From an uncultured Anaeromyxobacteraceae bacterium (GTDB lineage Bacteria; Myxococcota_A; UBA9042; DTJE01), in assembly GCA_964470365.1 (NCBI GenBank), contig CAYYCO010000007.1:207-64206 (forward strand): a DNA stretch of 64,000 nucleotides, read 5' to 3'. The notes beneath the pieces were generated by a model. That model saw nothing but the letters and a program-made list of their open reading frames with translations, was not told the DNA's origin and ran no database searches. Shown piece after piece: positions 38,806 to 47,742 of this stretch. The translations under genes were made by a program, and so were the position numbers. The first letter of the stretch is position 1. Each line of letters begins with the position of its first letter.

Positions 38806-41800
38806 ATGAAACGTAATGCAAAATCATTCCTGGTGGTGACGGTCGTTCTGGCCTGTTCCGCAACATGCCTGGATGCGGCCGCGAAAAAGCCGATTGACTC
38901 GGGAACGCCGTCCGCCGTGCCGATTGTCCACCTGATGATCGATACGTCCGGATCGATGCAGTACAACGTCGTACCTTCCCCGGCTGAAAGGGACGACTTC
39001 CAGCCGGAACTGGTGCCGACATGTTCCAAGACACCGGGGATGTCCGGGAAAAGCCGTTACATCGATCTGGTGGAAAGGCTCGTCGGCTCTCTTGGCGACG
39101 ACTATTACTGCGAATCGCAGGACCGCAATTCAAAAAAATCGCCGTACTGCCCGGCCAAGGACTGCTACAACGTCGTCCCGCACATACAGGCTTACGGAAC
39201 CCGCGCGTCCGACGGCATCATCGACGCCGCCGGCGCCAGCGTCAAATTCAGCATCATGACCATGGACACCGACCCCGACCACAACTCGGGTAACAGCGGC
39301 GACTACAGCTACGGCAAGGAAAAATTCGGCAGCGGCTCCGACAAAATCAATTACGGCGCGCAGAATGGCCACGCAAAAAACGGCGCGCTGGTGGTTCCCC
39401 CCTCTTCCGACTCACCTGCCGACATCCTGGCTAACAACGCCGCGGTCAAGGCATCCCTGCTGGCGGCCCGGCCTGGTGGCGGAACCCCGATCGGCGCCAT
39501 GATGTACGACGCCGCGTACATGTACAACAACGAACCGGTCTTCCAGAACGACACTTATTCGTCATGCCGAAAAAATTCGATCGTCCTGCTGACCGACGGC
39601 CTCAGCAACCTCGCGGACGGGGAGCGCGGCTACCCGAACGCGGTTGACGGCGCGCAGACGATGCGCGAACTCGGATTCGACGTCTGGGTCGTCCAGTACG
39701 CCACCGGCGCCGGCGTCACCAGCAAGGCCTACGACATCGCCACATATTACGGCATGCTGCCCGACGACCATCTGCTGACTGCCAGCGATGCGGCCAGCCT
39801 TAACACCGCGCTGACAACGGTGGTGGAGGCCGCCGCGGAATCGTCCCAGACCAGGACGGCCACGGTCGTGACGAATGCGACGGGCAACACGACCGACGTC
39901 CAGTACCAGTTCAACGCGTCGTTCATGTCCGTCAGCGGGCCCGCCGGCGCCAGTGACGCGACGATTCTTACGGGCGTCCTGGAACGTTCGGTTTACCAGT
40001 GCGGTATCAACCAGGAAGACACCGGCAACGCCGGTCTGGCGGAAATCCAGAACATCAGCGCAAAGCTGACCGCGACGTCCGACGGTTCCCGGAACATCTA
40101 CACGATGGTCGACGGCGATAAGGAAGAATTCGTTTCCAGCAACAACGCGATAACGAATTCAATGCTCAACGCCCCGAATCCCTTCCTGGAAATGGTTCCG
40201 GACTTCGGCCTCGACCCGGCGACGGACTGGTGCAGGGCAGGATCGATTTCCAGCCTGCTGCCGTCACAGAGGCTGGCGAAGTGGCGTGAAAACCTGTTCG
40301 ATTACATCCGCGCCAGCGATGATTCATGCCGCGCCGGATACAAAATGGGTGCCATAATCCATTCGACCCCGGCGCTGCAGGACGATCTTGCCAACGCGTC
40401 GCTGACGATTCCATCGTTCGCGGATTACAAGGCCACAATCAAGAACAGGCCTCACATGCTGTACGTGGCGACTCACGACGGCCTGATCCATGCAATCAGA
40501 TTCGATCGCCCGGACGGCCGCACGCAGCCGGATACCTGGGGGCAGGAACTCTGGGCGTACATTCCGGGCCACCTGCTCGGAAAACTGCGCACGGTTCCGG
40601 AAGACGGACAGATCATCCTCGACGGCGCGGCGACCATTTCGGACACGGTCGTTTCGCGAACCGCCAACAGCCGGCGCGACGAGGACGCCAGTGACTGGAT
40701 GTCGGTGCTGATCGTTGGCGACAGGGCCGAGGGTGCCGGTTACACGGCGCTCGACGTGACCGACCCGACCGACGGCAACTGGTCAATACTGTGGGAACTC
40801 TCCGCCCAGTATGGACGCTGCATGGGGGGGGCCAACAATTGCAACCCCGGCGGCGCCCTGGGCGGATATCGCAACGACTTTTCGCGGCTTGGCCAGGCTT
40901 TCGGGCAGCCCGCAACCGGAAACGTAATGATTTGTCCGTCGGCGTCGGGCACATGCAACCAGACCCAGCTTGAAGAGGTCGCGGTTGCCGTCATCCCGGG
41001 CGGAAGTTCCGATGGCATCCTTACGCCGGGCGTCGGCAGGACGGCCTTCGTGGTCAGGCTTGATACCGGTGAAAAACTGGCAGAATTCGCATCCGGCAAT
41101 CTGGACGGGGATTCATCCAACGCAAAATCCGACTGCAATGGCTCCACCTCGATAGTCGCCGCGGACATCATCGGCGACGTGTCCTGCATATCAACGATGC
41201 CGGGAACCTTCCTGACGAAGTGCTATGTCGGCGACCGTGCCGGCCGGCTGTGGAAAATCGAAATCGGTTCTCCATCCAGGTCGGCATGGACCATGACCAT
41301 GTTCTACGACCCGTACGACTTCGACGGCGGCACGGCCGATCCGCTGGATTCGATGCGCGCACCGGTTTACGGTGCCCCGGCGATTTCGATGACCCGCGGG
41401 ACCAACGAACCGGTGATCATTTTCGGCGGCGGTGAAATCGACCAGTTGACCGGAACGACGCAGAAGGCTTTCGTGGCGTCCATCACCGATACGATCGCCG
41501 CATCCGCGCCTGCCGACTGCTCGCCCTGGGATGACAACACATGTTTCAGGTCGGTGGGCGGCGGCATGTTCAACGGCCCGAAGGTCAACTGGAAATTCTT
41601 CCTGGGATACGATTCCAGTCTGAGCGCCATTTCCGGCGAACCGTCCGGCATGCGCCTGATGGGGGCGCCAACGATCTACGGCGGCGTCGCGTACTTCACG
41701 ACATATATCCCCGACGAGGACAACGCCTGCGCGGTCGGCGTCGGCCGCGTTTACGGCGTGGACTATGTGCAGTCTGACGGGTCCTGCGACAATCCGCAGG

Positions 41801-42147
41801 CACGCCTCCCGTCCGAGGATGATCCCTACGAATTCGAGTCATGGCAGGTGATTGGCTGCGCGGAAACGCCGGCCGTGCCGTACGGCGTCACCGTTGTCGA
41901 CCGGCCGGCCTGCATCGGCGGCGAAAGCATCTTCGACGCGGGCGCCGGGTCGGCCAGCGGAAGCGCGTTCGGTTCGGCCGCCGGCGGCGGCCCGCAAATA
42001 GTCGTTCAAACAGGCCTGGATACTGGTGTTGACGGGGAACAGCCGGCCGGCGGTTCGACTGATCGTACCGTCAACCAGCTGGTCCGCAACATCATGCGGG
42101 CCGTCGAATCGATCGTCGTCGGCACGTGGGGCTCGGTTTTTGACTGA
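38806..42147 (+). CDS. pilY1: PilY1-like pilus tip protein with an N-terminal vWA domain
   Basis: Start at MKRNAKSFLVVTVVLACSA. vWA MIDAS motif LMIDTSGSM with downstream LLTDGLSN. The long C-terminal region is PilY1-type beta-propeller-like. About 1113 aa. Confidence 0.8.
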   Translation: MKRNAKSFLVVTVVLACSATCLDAAAKKPIDSGTPSAVPIVHLMIDTSGSMQYNVVPSPAERDDFQPELVPTCSKTPGMSGKSRYIDLVERLVGSLGDDYYCESQDRNSKKSPYCPAKDCYNVVPHIQAYGTRASDGIIDAAGASVKFSIMTMDTDPDHNSGNSGDYSYGKEKFGSGSDKINYGAQNGHAKNGALVVPPSSDSPADILANNAAVKASLLAARPGGGTPIGAMMYDAAYMYNNEPVFQNDTYSSCRKNSIVLLTDGLSNLADGERGYPNAVDGAQTMRELGFDVWVVQYATGAGVTSKAYDIATYYGMLPDDHLLTASDAASLNTALTTVVEAAAESSQTRTATVVTNATGNTTDVQYQFNASFMSVSGPAGASDATILTGVLERSVYQCGINQEDTGNAGLAEIQNISAKLTATSDGSRNIYTMVDGDKEEFVSSNNAITNSMLNAPNPFLEMVPDFGLDPATDWCRAGSISSLLPSQRLAKWRENLFDYIRASDDSCRAGYKMGAIIHSTPALQDDLANASLTIPSFADYKATIKNRPHMLYVATHDGLIHAIRFDRPDGRTQPDTWGQELWAYIPGHLLGKLRTVPEDGQIILDGAATISDTVVSRTANSRRDEDASDWMSVLIVGDRAEGAGYTALDVTDPTDGNWSILWELSAQYGRCMGGANNCNPGGALGGYRNDFSRLGQAFGQPATGNVMICPSASGTCNQTQLEEVAVAVIPGGSSDGILTPGVGRTAFVVRLDTGEKLAEFASGNLDGDSSNAKSDCNGSTSIVAADIIGDVSCISTMPGTFLTKCYVGDRAGRLWKIEIGSPSRSAWTMTMFYDPYDFDGGTADPLDSMRAPVYGAPAISMTRGTNEPVIIFGGGEIDQLTGTTQKAFVASITDTIAASAPADCSPWDDNTCFRSVGGGMFNGPKVNWKFFLGYDSSLSAISGEPSGMRLMGAPTIYGGVAYFTTYIPDEDNACAVGVGRVYGVDYVQSDGSCDNPQARLPSEDDPYEFESWQVIGCAETPAVPYGVTVVDRPACIGGESIFDAGAGSASGSAFGSAAGGGPQIVVQTGLDTGVDGEQPAGGSTDRTVNQLVRNIMRAVESIVVGTWGSVFD

Positions 42148-42278
42148 TCGCTTCCATTCCCTTCTGTTGCCATCCGATGATTTTGGTGCTAAAAATCGCC
42201 GGCCTGCGTCTTACAGCCGGGGGGCGTCGTGAACGGCAACGGGACGGCAGGGCGTTCCTGCGGCGCGCAGGTTTGAAT

Positions 42279-42350
42279 TCTCCGGTCGTCCAACGGTTAG
42301 GACACGGGCCTTTGGAGCCTGGTATCGGGGTTCGAATCCCTGCCGGAGAG
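42279..42350 (+). tRNA. tRNA-Gln (anticodon TTG)
   Basis: Hand-folded cloverleaf. Acceptor TCTCCGG/CCGGAGA. D-arm GTCC-AACGGTTA-GGAC. Anticodon arm CGGGC-CTTTGGA-GCCTG with U33 and anticodon TTG (G at position 37 is unusual). T-arm CGGGG-TTCGAAT-CCCTG. Discriminator G. CCA is not encoded. The track ORF 42177-42389 overlapping it is spurious. Confidence 0.6.
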
Positions 42351-42433
42351 CCGCGAATCCATGGTTACGGGGCCGGGATCGGGCAGTGATCGGGACCACC
42401 GGCTTGGCCGGATTGACACGAAGGTGGCACACA

Positions 42434-43216
42434 ATGTCGAACAAAGCAGGTATCAAGGGTAAGGAAAAGGTCAGGAAGGATCCCCTCAAGGGACCGGATG
42501 AATTCCAGGAATGGGTTGGCAAGGCGGCCCAGTTCTTCGTGGAATACGGCGTGCGTCTGGCGATCGGGTCGGCGGTGCTGGTCGCGGTTATCGTCGCCAC
42601 CGTGCTTATCAGCAGGTACATGCGTTCGTCCGACATAGATGCCGCAAACGATTTCACCCGGGCTTTCAATCCCGTGGCGGCATCGGTTCTGCCCGACGAA
42701 AACATGCAGCAGCTTCCGGTCGCCGACAAGGCGACGATGGAATCCGCCCGCAAGGCACTTGCTGAATTCACCGGCAAACAGGGCGAATGCGAGCTGACCG
42801 GCATCTCGAAGCTCGGCGAGGCGATCGCGGCTTACCAGGCGGGCGACGCCGCCGGCGCTGCCGATCTCCTGAAGCCGATACTGGACGGGGACAAGCTGGA
42901 CCCGGCGCTGGCGTCGATTGGCCTGCAGGTTTATGCGGTTGCCGCCGACGCGGCCGGGCGCCGTGACGATGCCGAGGCAGCCTTCTTGAAAATGACGGAA
43001 AACAGCAGCAAGCTGATCAAGGCTTACGGGTTCATGTACCTTGGCGACATGTTCAACCCCGAAATGAAATCGGCGGCAGACCAGCCGGCCGACCAGGCCA
43101 AGGCACTTGAACATTACAACGCCGGCGTCGCCGCCATCGGCGATGTCCTGGGCGACAGCGGCGAGCTGACTGTGCTGGCCAATTCGCTGAAGATGCGCAT
43201 CGAACGCCTGAACTGA
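42434..43216 (+). CDS. yfgM: YfgM-like membrane-anchored TPR protein
   Basis: Start at MSNKAG. The QFFVEYGVRLAIGSAVLVAVIVA anchor parallels the E. coli YfgM N-terminus. A bamB-like gene follows immediately, as in the yfgM-bamB arrangement. Confidence 0.6.
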   Translation: MSNKAGIKGKEKVRKDPLKGPDEFQEWVGKAAQFFVEYGVRLAIGSAVLVAVIVATVLISRYMRSSDIDAANDFTRAFNPVAASVLPDENMQQLPVADKATMESARKALAEFTGKQGECELTGISKLGEAIAAYQAGDAAGAADLLKPILDGDKLDPALASIGLQVYAVAADAAGRRDDAEAAFLKMTENSSKLIKAYGFMYLGDMFNPEMKSAADQPADQAKALEHYNAGVAAIGDVLGDSGELTVLANSLKMRIERLN

Positions 43217-43254
43217 TTTTTCGCTTCCGGCCGCCGCGCCGGGGAAGGTGCAGA

Positions 43255-44409
43255 ATGAAACGTCCTGCCCTGCTGTTGATTGCCGCGGCCGCGATCCTGG
43301 TTCCGGCCGTCCAGGCATCCGGTCAGACCGCGCCCGTGCAGAATGGCATCTCGACGTCCGATTTCCATCGCATCGACATCGTTGAAAGATGGGGCGTTAA
43401 GATCTACTCCAACCGCCTTCTTGACATCAGTCCGCGCGAATTCGGCCGCTGCACGGCGGATCCTGTCCGGCCGCTGGTTTACTGCGGCGCCTCGGACGGC
43501 GTGTTCAGGGCTCTCCACAAGGCGAACGGACGGGAAATCTGGTCAATGAAAACGTCGGGCGGCGTCCGCGCGGCCCCGGCGGTTTCCGACAAGGGCCTGT
43601 ACGTCGCGACGACCGACGGGTTCCTGTACCGGCTCGAACCAGAAACGGGCCGTCCGATATGGCCCGCCCCGTACCAGACTGATAATCCGGTCTGGGGAAG
43701 CCCGGTTGTTGTCGGCGACATCGTGTATTTCTCGGTCCTGGGCAACCAGACCTACGCGGTGGGCGCCGAGGACGGACGATTCAGGTTCAAGGTTGCCCGG
43801 GACAAGCCCGTCGACATGAGTTCGGAGGGCGTGTCCGAACCGGCCGTCAGCGGCGATGTGCTTTTTTCGGCGTTTTCGGACGGCAGGCTGGTCGCGTCCA
43901 GCCGGTTCAGGGACGAAAAGCTCTGGGAACAGGATCTCGCGGCCGGCAATGATGGACCGACCGATGCCGACTCCACCCCGGTCGTGATCGGCGACCTCGT
44001 CTTTTCCGGCGCGTTTTCGGCGGGCCCGGTCGCGGTTCGCGCCGACACCGGCGCCGTGGTCTGGAAGGGCCGCAGGTTCGGCGTAGGCAAGCCGGTTCCC
44101 TACCGGGACCAGATAATCGTTGCCGATGCGGACGGCTTCGTCGTGTCGCTGGACCAGGCCACCGGACGGGAAACCTGGGTGACGCAACTGGACACGAAGG
44201 CCGCGTGGTGCCCTGTCATCATCGATGGATACCTGATCGTCGGCGGGGATCGCGGCTTGTGGGTGCTGCGCGCGTCGGACGGAAAACCATTGCTGCTGAA
44301 GACCCTTCCGTTCGGCGTGACCGCGGAACCGGGCGTTGACGGGCGAGACATCTATTTCGTGGCGCCGGGCGGTACCATCGACGCAGCCACTCTGCGCCTT
44401 CCCGAATGA
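43255..44409 (+). CDS. bamB: PQQ-repeat beta-propeller lipoprotein, BamB-like
   Basis: Signal peptide, repeated PQQ-like blades (VYCGASDGVFRALHKANGREIW, LYVATTDGFLYRLEPETGRPIW, etc.), and synteny with the yfgM-like gene. Confidence 0.7.
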   Translation: MKRPALLLIAAAAILVPAVQASGQTAPVQNGISTSDFHRIDIVERWGVKIYSNRLLDISPREFGRCTADPVRPLVYCGASDGVFRALHKANGREIWSMKTSGGVRAAPAVSDKGLYVATTDGFLYRLEPETGRPIWPAPYQTDNPVWGSPVVVGDIVYFSVLGNQTYAVGAEDGRFRFKVARDKPVDMSSEGVSEPAVSGDVLFSAFSDGRLVASSRFRDEKLWEQDLAAGNDGPTDADSTPVVIGDLVFSGAFSAGPVAVRADTGAVVWKGRRFGVGKPVPYRDQIIVADADGFVVSLDQATGRETWVTQLDTKAAWCPVIIDGYLIVGGDRGLWVLRASDGKPLLLKTLPFGVTAEPGVDGRDIYFVAPGGTIDAATLRLPE

Positions 44410-44516
44410 TCCCGAACCGTCAAAACTAACCTTTCCTTCGACGCTTTCAGCATGTAAAATTCGGCATCCGCCGCGACCGGCGGACGTTCTTGATCGTGAT
44501 TAACCGGAGGAACCAC

Positions 44517-45971
44517 ATGCAGCTTCGCAAGCTTTCGTGCCTTTTCGCGGCCATCGCTCTATCCGCCTTCGCGGCGTGCGGGACAGGTGACTACAACCCC
44601 GATGCCGTTACAGGCGACGATAATTCCGTCAGCCAGGACGGCGTCATCGTTTTCGACATCGGCGGGGAAGACATCCCGACCATCAACAAGATGTGCGAGA
44701 CGAACGAACAGTGCCAGACGGAAAACATGGGCGAATGGTGGGGTTGTGCAAAATGCGAAACCGAATGGCGCTGCGTGCAGCCCGCCGAAATGGGAGAACC
44801 GGACTTCGGTTGCATCGCAAATATCAACTGCGGCTCCGAAAAGTACTGCGACCCCTGCGACATGACCTGCAGGACGATGCTTGCCGCGTGTGAACCCTGC
44901 ACCGAGGATGCGCAGTGCAAGGGCATGATGTCGCACTGCGTGGACTCCGTGACGTACGAGGGCGTCGTTACTTCGCTGCCCGAAAAAATCTGCGCGCCCT
45001 GGTGCCCGCTTTCGACAAAGGTCTGCACGGTCGAGGGCGCTCCGCAGGGCTCATATGTCTGCGCCGATGTGGGCGACCCCAGCAACGGCGTGTGCGTGCC
45101 GGCGACGATGTCCTGCGATTCGACCATCGAAAAGTGCGACGACGACACGGACTGCACCCAGGAAGGCTTCGTCTGCTATCTCGACACCGGAATGTGCGGA
45201 TGCAAGGACGCCCTTTCGTGCCAGCTGGGCCAGGCCTGCCATCCGATCACGCACCAGTGCATGACCGGCTGCGGCGACGACAACGAATGCGGCGAAGGCA
45301 CGGTCTGCTCGCAGGGTCTGTGCACGGCACCGTGTACCGGCACGCTGGAAAAGGCCAACGTCCAGGGATGCAACGGGACCGCGCCGGAAGGGATGGCTTG
45401 GGACTGTGACGACACCGGCCACTGCTTCATCCCCGGCATGTGCTTCCAGCCGAAGGACTGCGTTGAGGCCGCAACGTTCTGTAACGCCGATACCCACACG
45501 TGTGACTCCGGTTGCATGTTCGATTACGACTGCAAGACCTTCTCACAGATCTGCGACACGACGACTACGCCCGGAACCTGCATCAAGCGGCCCTGCAAGG
45601 GCAACTGGGGATGCGCGTGCGGCGAGGTCTGCGAACTCGAGGCAGGCGAATGCCAGACCGCAGAGGGCGATTACTGCGCGGTCTGCGATCCCCAGGCCGA
45701 CCAGCCCTGCGCCACCGAAGACGAATTCTGCCTGTCGTTCCAGGACAAGGACGGGAACGACAAGGGCTCGTTCTGCGCGCCGCCGTGTTCGTCGGACACC
45801 GACAACCTTTGCCCGCAGGGCTGGCAGTGCAGCGAAATCAAAAACCAGGACGGTTCGCTTGCCGGCAAGGCATGTGTCCGCGCCTGCTACCAGAAGGTCG
45901 CCGGCGGCTGCGCCACGGGTGATGCGCCTGACGACACAACGACATCCGACGGCGTCACCGCCGACAACTGA
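44517..45971 (+). CDS. Cys-rich repeat lipoprotein (myxobacterial Cys-rich repeat type)
   Basis: Start at MQLRKLSCLFAAIALSAFAACG (lipobox). Roughly 70 Cys in ~485 aa, in reiterated C-x3-C / D-x-D-C / G-x-C units. Confidence 0.6.
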   Translation: MQLRKLSCLFAAIALSAFAACGTGDYNPDAVTGDDNSVSQDGVIVFDIGGEDIPTINKMCETNEQCQTENMGEWWGCAKCETEWRCVQPAEMGEPDFGCIANINCGSEKYCDPCDMTCRTMLAACEPCTEDAQCKGMMSHCVDSVTYEGVVTSLPEKICAPWCPLSTKVCTVEGAPQGSYVCADVGDPSNGVCVPATMSCDSTIEKCDDDTDCTQEGFVCYLDTGMCGCKDALSCQLGQACHPITHQCMTGCGDDNECGEGTVCSQGLCTAPCTGTLEKANVQGCNGTAPEGMAWDCDDTGHCFIPGMCFQPKDCVEAATFCNADTHTCDSGCMFDYDCKTFSQICDTTTTPGTCIKRPCKGNWGCACGEVCELEAGECQTAEGDYCAVCDPQADQPCATEDEFCLSFQDKDGNDKGSFCAPPCSSDTDNLCPQGWQCSEIKNQDGSLAGKACVRACYQKVAGGCATGDAPDDTTTSDGVTADN

Positions 45972-46015
45972 TCGATCTTTTTCTCCACCGGTCCCCGCGC
46001 GCCCGGAGGCCCGTC

Positions 46016-47020
46016 ATGTCCAGGCAGACACTTGCTGAAACGCTGAAGGGCGGCACGCTGCTGCTGGGGATCCTCATGCTCCTGCTGATGATTGCCGGCG
46101 GCCTCCTGAAACTGGTGCTTGGCGATGCGCCCCGGGGCCCCGAATATAAGGTGCAGGTCAGGATCGATCCGGCGGCCGCACGCATGAGGGCTCCGGCGGG
46201 CAACGGTCCTGCCGCATTCGCAATTCCCGATGGCGCGGTGGACGTCGCTGGGCCGACCCATGTGGGTCCTGACGGCCTTGCCGGGCGACCCGGCGTCGAT
46301 TCCGCGGGCCTGATCCGGGCCGGCTTCAGGTCCCTGGACTGCCGGACGTTCGCGTGGGACCGTGACAGGAACGCCACAGTGACTGCGTGCATGACACTGT
46401 TCGATTCGGCGGCCGGCGCGTTCTCAATATACTCGACCGGACGCCCTAACCCGGACTCGCTCGCTCCGCGCGACTTCGCCCGCGGCTACATCACGCCGGA
46501 AGGCTTCAAAATCGTCAAAGGACGCGCATGTTTCGAAATCGTGCGTTCGGGCAGCGATGACGCGGCCAGACAGCTTGCGCTGTCTTTCCTGGATAGACTG
46601 GGCACGCAGGACTTCGGGCCGGATGTGTCGGATCAGCTTGCGCGCCTGCCCCGCCAGGGAATGGTTCCGGGGACCGAACAGCTTACGATGGCGCCAGCCA
46701 GGGACCGCCCGCCGGCACTGTCGGCACGGTACCGCTTCGACGGCGTCGAGGTGAGCGGCAGCCTTACGGTGATGGAATCGGAACAGGCGGCCGTGGCCGC
46801 GACCGACGCTTCAGCAGCGAACCTGGTGGCGCGGGGGGCGGCCCGGACGACCCCTGATGGCGGCCCGAGGGGCACATGGTTCTTTGTCGATGGTCAGTTG
46901 CCGGTGGCGGTGGGCAGCGCCGGCGCCGCCGCATTCCGCATCGACGGCACGGCGGGGATCACGGCCGTGGTCAAGGCCGCGCAGGTACTCGCCGGCATCG
47001 AAACGCAGGCCGACCAATAA
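46016..47020 (+). CDS. Hypothetical membrane-anchored protein
   Basis: N-terminal TM (GGTLLLGILMLLLMIAGGLL). No motif recognised. Confidence 0.4.
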   Translation: MSRQTLAETLKGGTLLLGILMLLLMIAGGLLKLVLGDAPRGPEYKVQVRIDPAAARMRAPAGNGPAAFAIPDGAVDVAGPTHVGPDGLAGRPGVDSAGLIRAGFRSLDCRTFAWDRDRNATVTACMTLFDSAAGAFSIYSTGRPNPDSLAPRDFARGYITPEGFKIVKGRACFEIVRSGSDDAARQLALSFLDRLGTQDFGPDVSDQLARLPRQGMVPGTEQLTMAPARDRPPALSARYRFDGVEVSGSLTVMESEQAAVAATDASAANLVARGAARTTPDGGPRGTWFFVDGQLPVAVGSAGAAAFRIDGTAGITAVVKAAQVLAGIETQADQ

Positions 47021-47053
47021 AATCCTTCCGTCGAACCGGGCTGATGCAGCGTG

Positions 47054-47731
47054 TCACCTGCGGACCATCTCCGTCCTGATTTCCAGCGCCGAGGTTCCGC
47101 AAGCCAGTGAATGAATTCCGTCGGACGGCGGCCATTCCAGCGAAACGTCGCACAGGACGACTCCGCGTGATTTTGAAACAGTGCCGACGCCCCGGTCGCC
47201 GGGTCGGGTTTTCCGGGTCCCCGCGACGCCGTACGCGGGTGGATCCGACGCCGCGGGCGACGTTTCCAGAATGTCGTAGTCGCCGATCAACCCCTCGAAA
47301 CCTTCGCCAAGCACATCCTCCCCGTCAACGGATTCAAGCCTGGCCCGATCCTTCCGGTGGTTCGCGGGCGGAGGGGGATTCGCGGACTTCGACAGTCCGG
47401 CCCGACCGGCCTGTTCCGCCACCACGCCATCCCCGCCCGTCCGAATCCTGACGACAAGCCGAATCGGCATCGATTTCGCGGTGGAAAAGGTGATCCTGTT
47501 CGTGAAACCGGGCGCAGTCAGCGGCTTGTCAGGGGTTTCAAACAGCCTGGTGGCGCCGATGTAGATCTGGACGTAAACCATGCCGTCCGGATACTCCTCA
47601 ACCGGCGCATCCTTCAGCCGAACAATGGAAACAAAGCACGATTCGCGCGACGGTCCCGCGGATGCCGATGGGACCGCGACTGCGGCAAAAACGGCACAAA
47701 AGGCAGATGCGGCCCACCTGGTCCACGTCAT
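47054..47731 (-). CDS. Secreted hypothetical protein
   Basis: Signal peptide MTWTRWAASAFCAVFAAVAVPSASA. No motif recognised. Confidence 0.4.
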   Translation of the reverse strand: MTWTRWAASAFCAVFAAVAVPSASAGPSRESCFVSIVRLKDAPVEEYPDGMVYVQIYIGATRLFETPDKPLTAPGFTNRITFSTAKSMPIRLVVRIRTGGDGVVAEQAGRAGLSKSANPPPPANHRKDRARLESVDGEDVLGEGFEGLIGDYDILETSPAASDPPAYGVAGTRKTRPGDRGVGTVSKSRGVVLCDVSLEWPPSDGIHSLACGTSALEIRTEMVRR

Positions 47732-47742
47732 GGCGCAATCCT

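Noticed and set aside
42177-42389. 70-aa plus-strand ORF (MILVLKIAGLRLTAGG...).
   Set aside because: It runs straight through the tRNA-Gln cloverleaf. Its translation has no features. The tRNA explains the conservation-like structure of this stretch.
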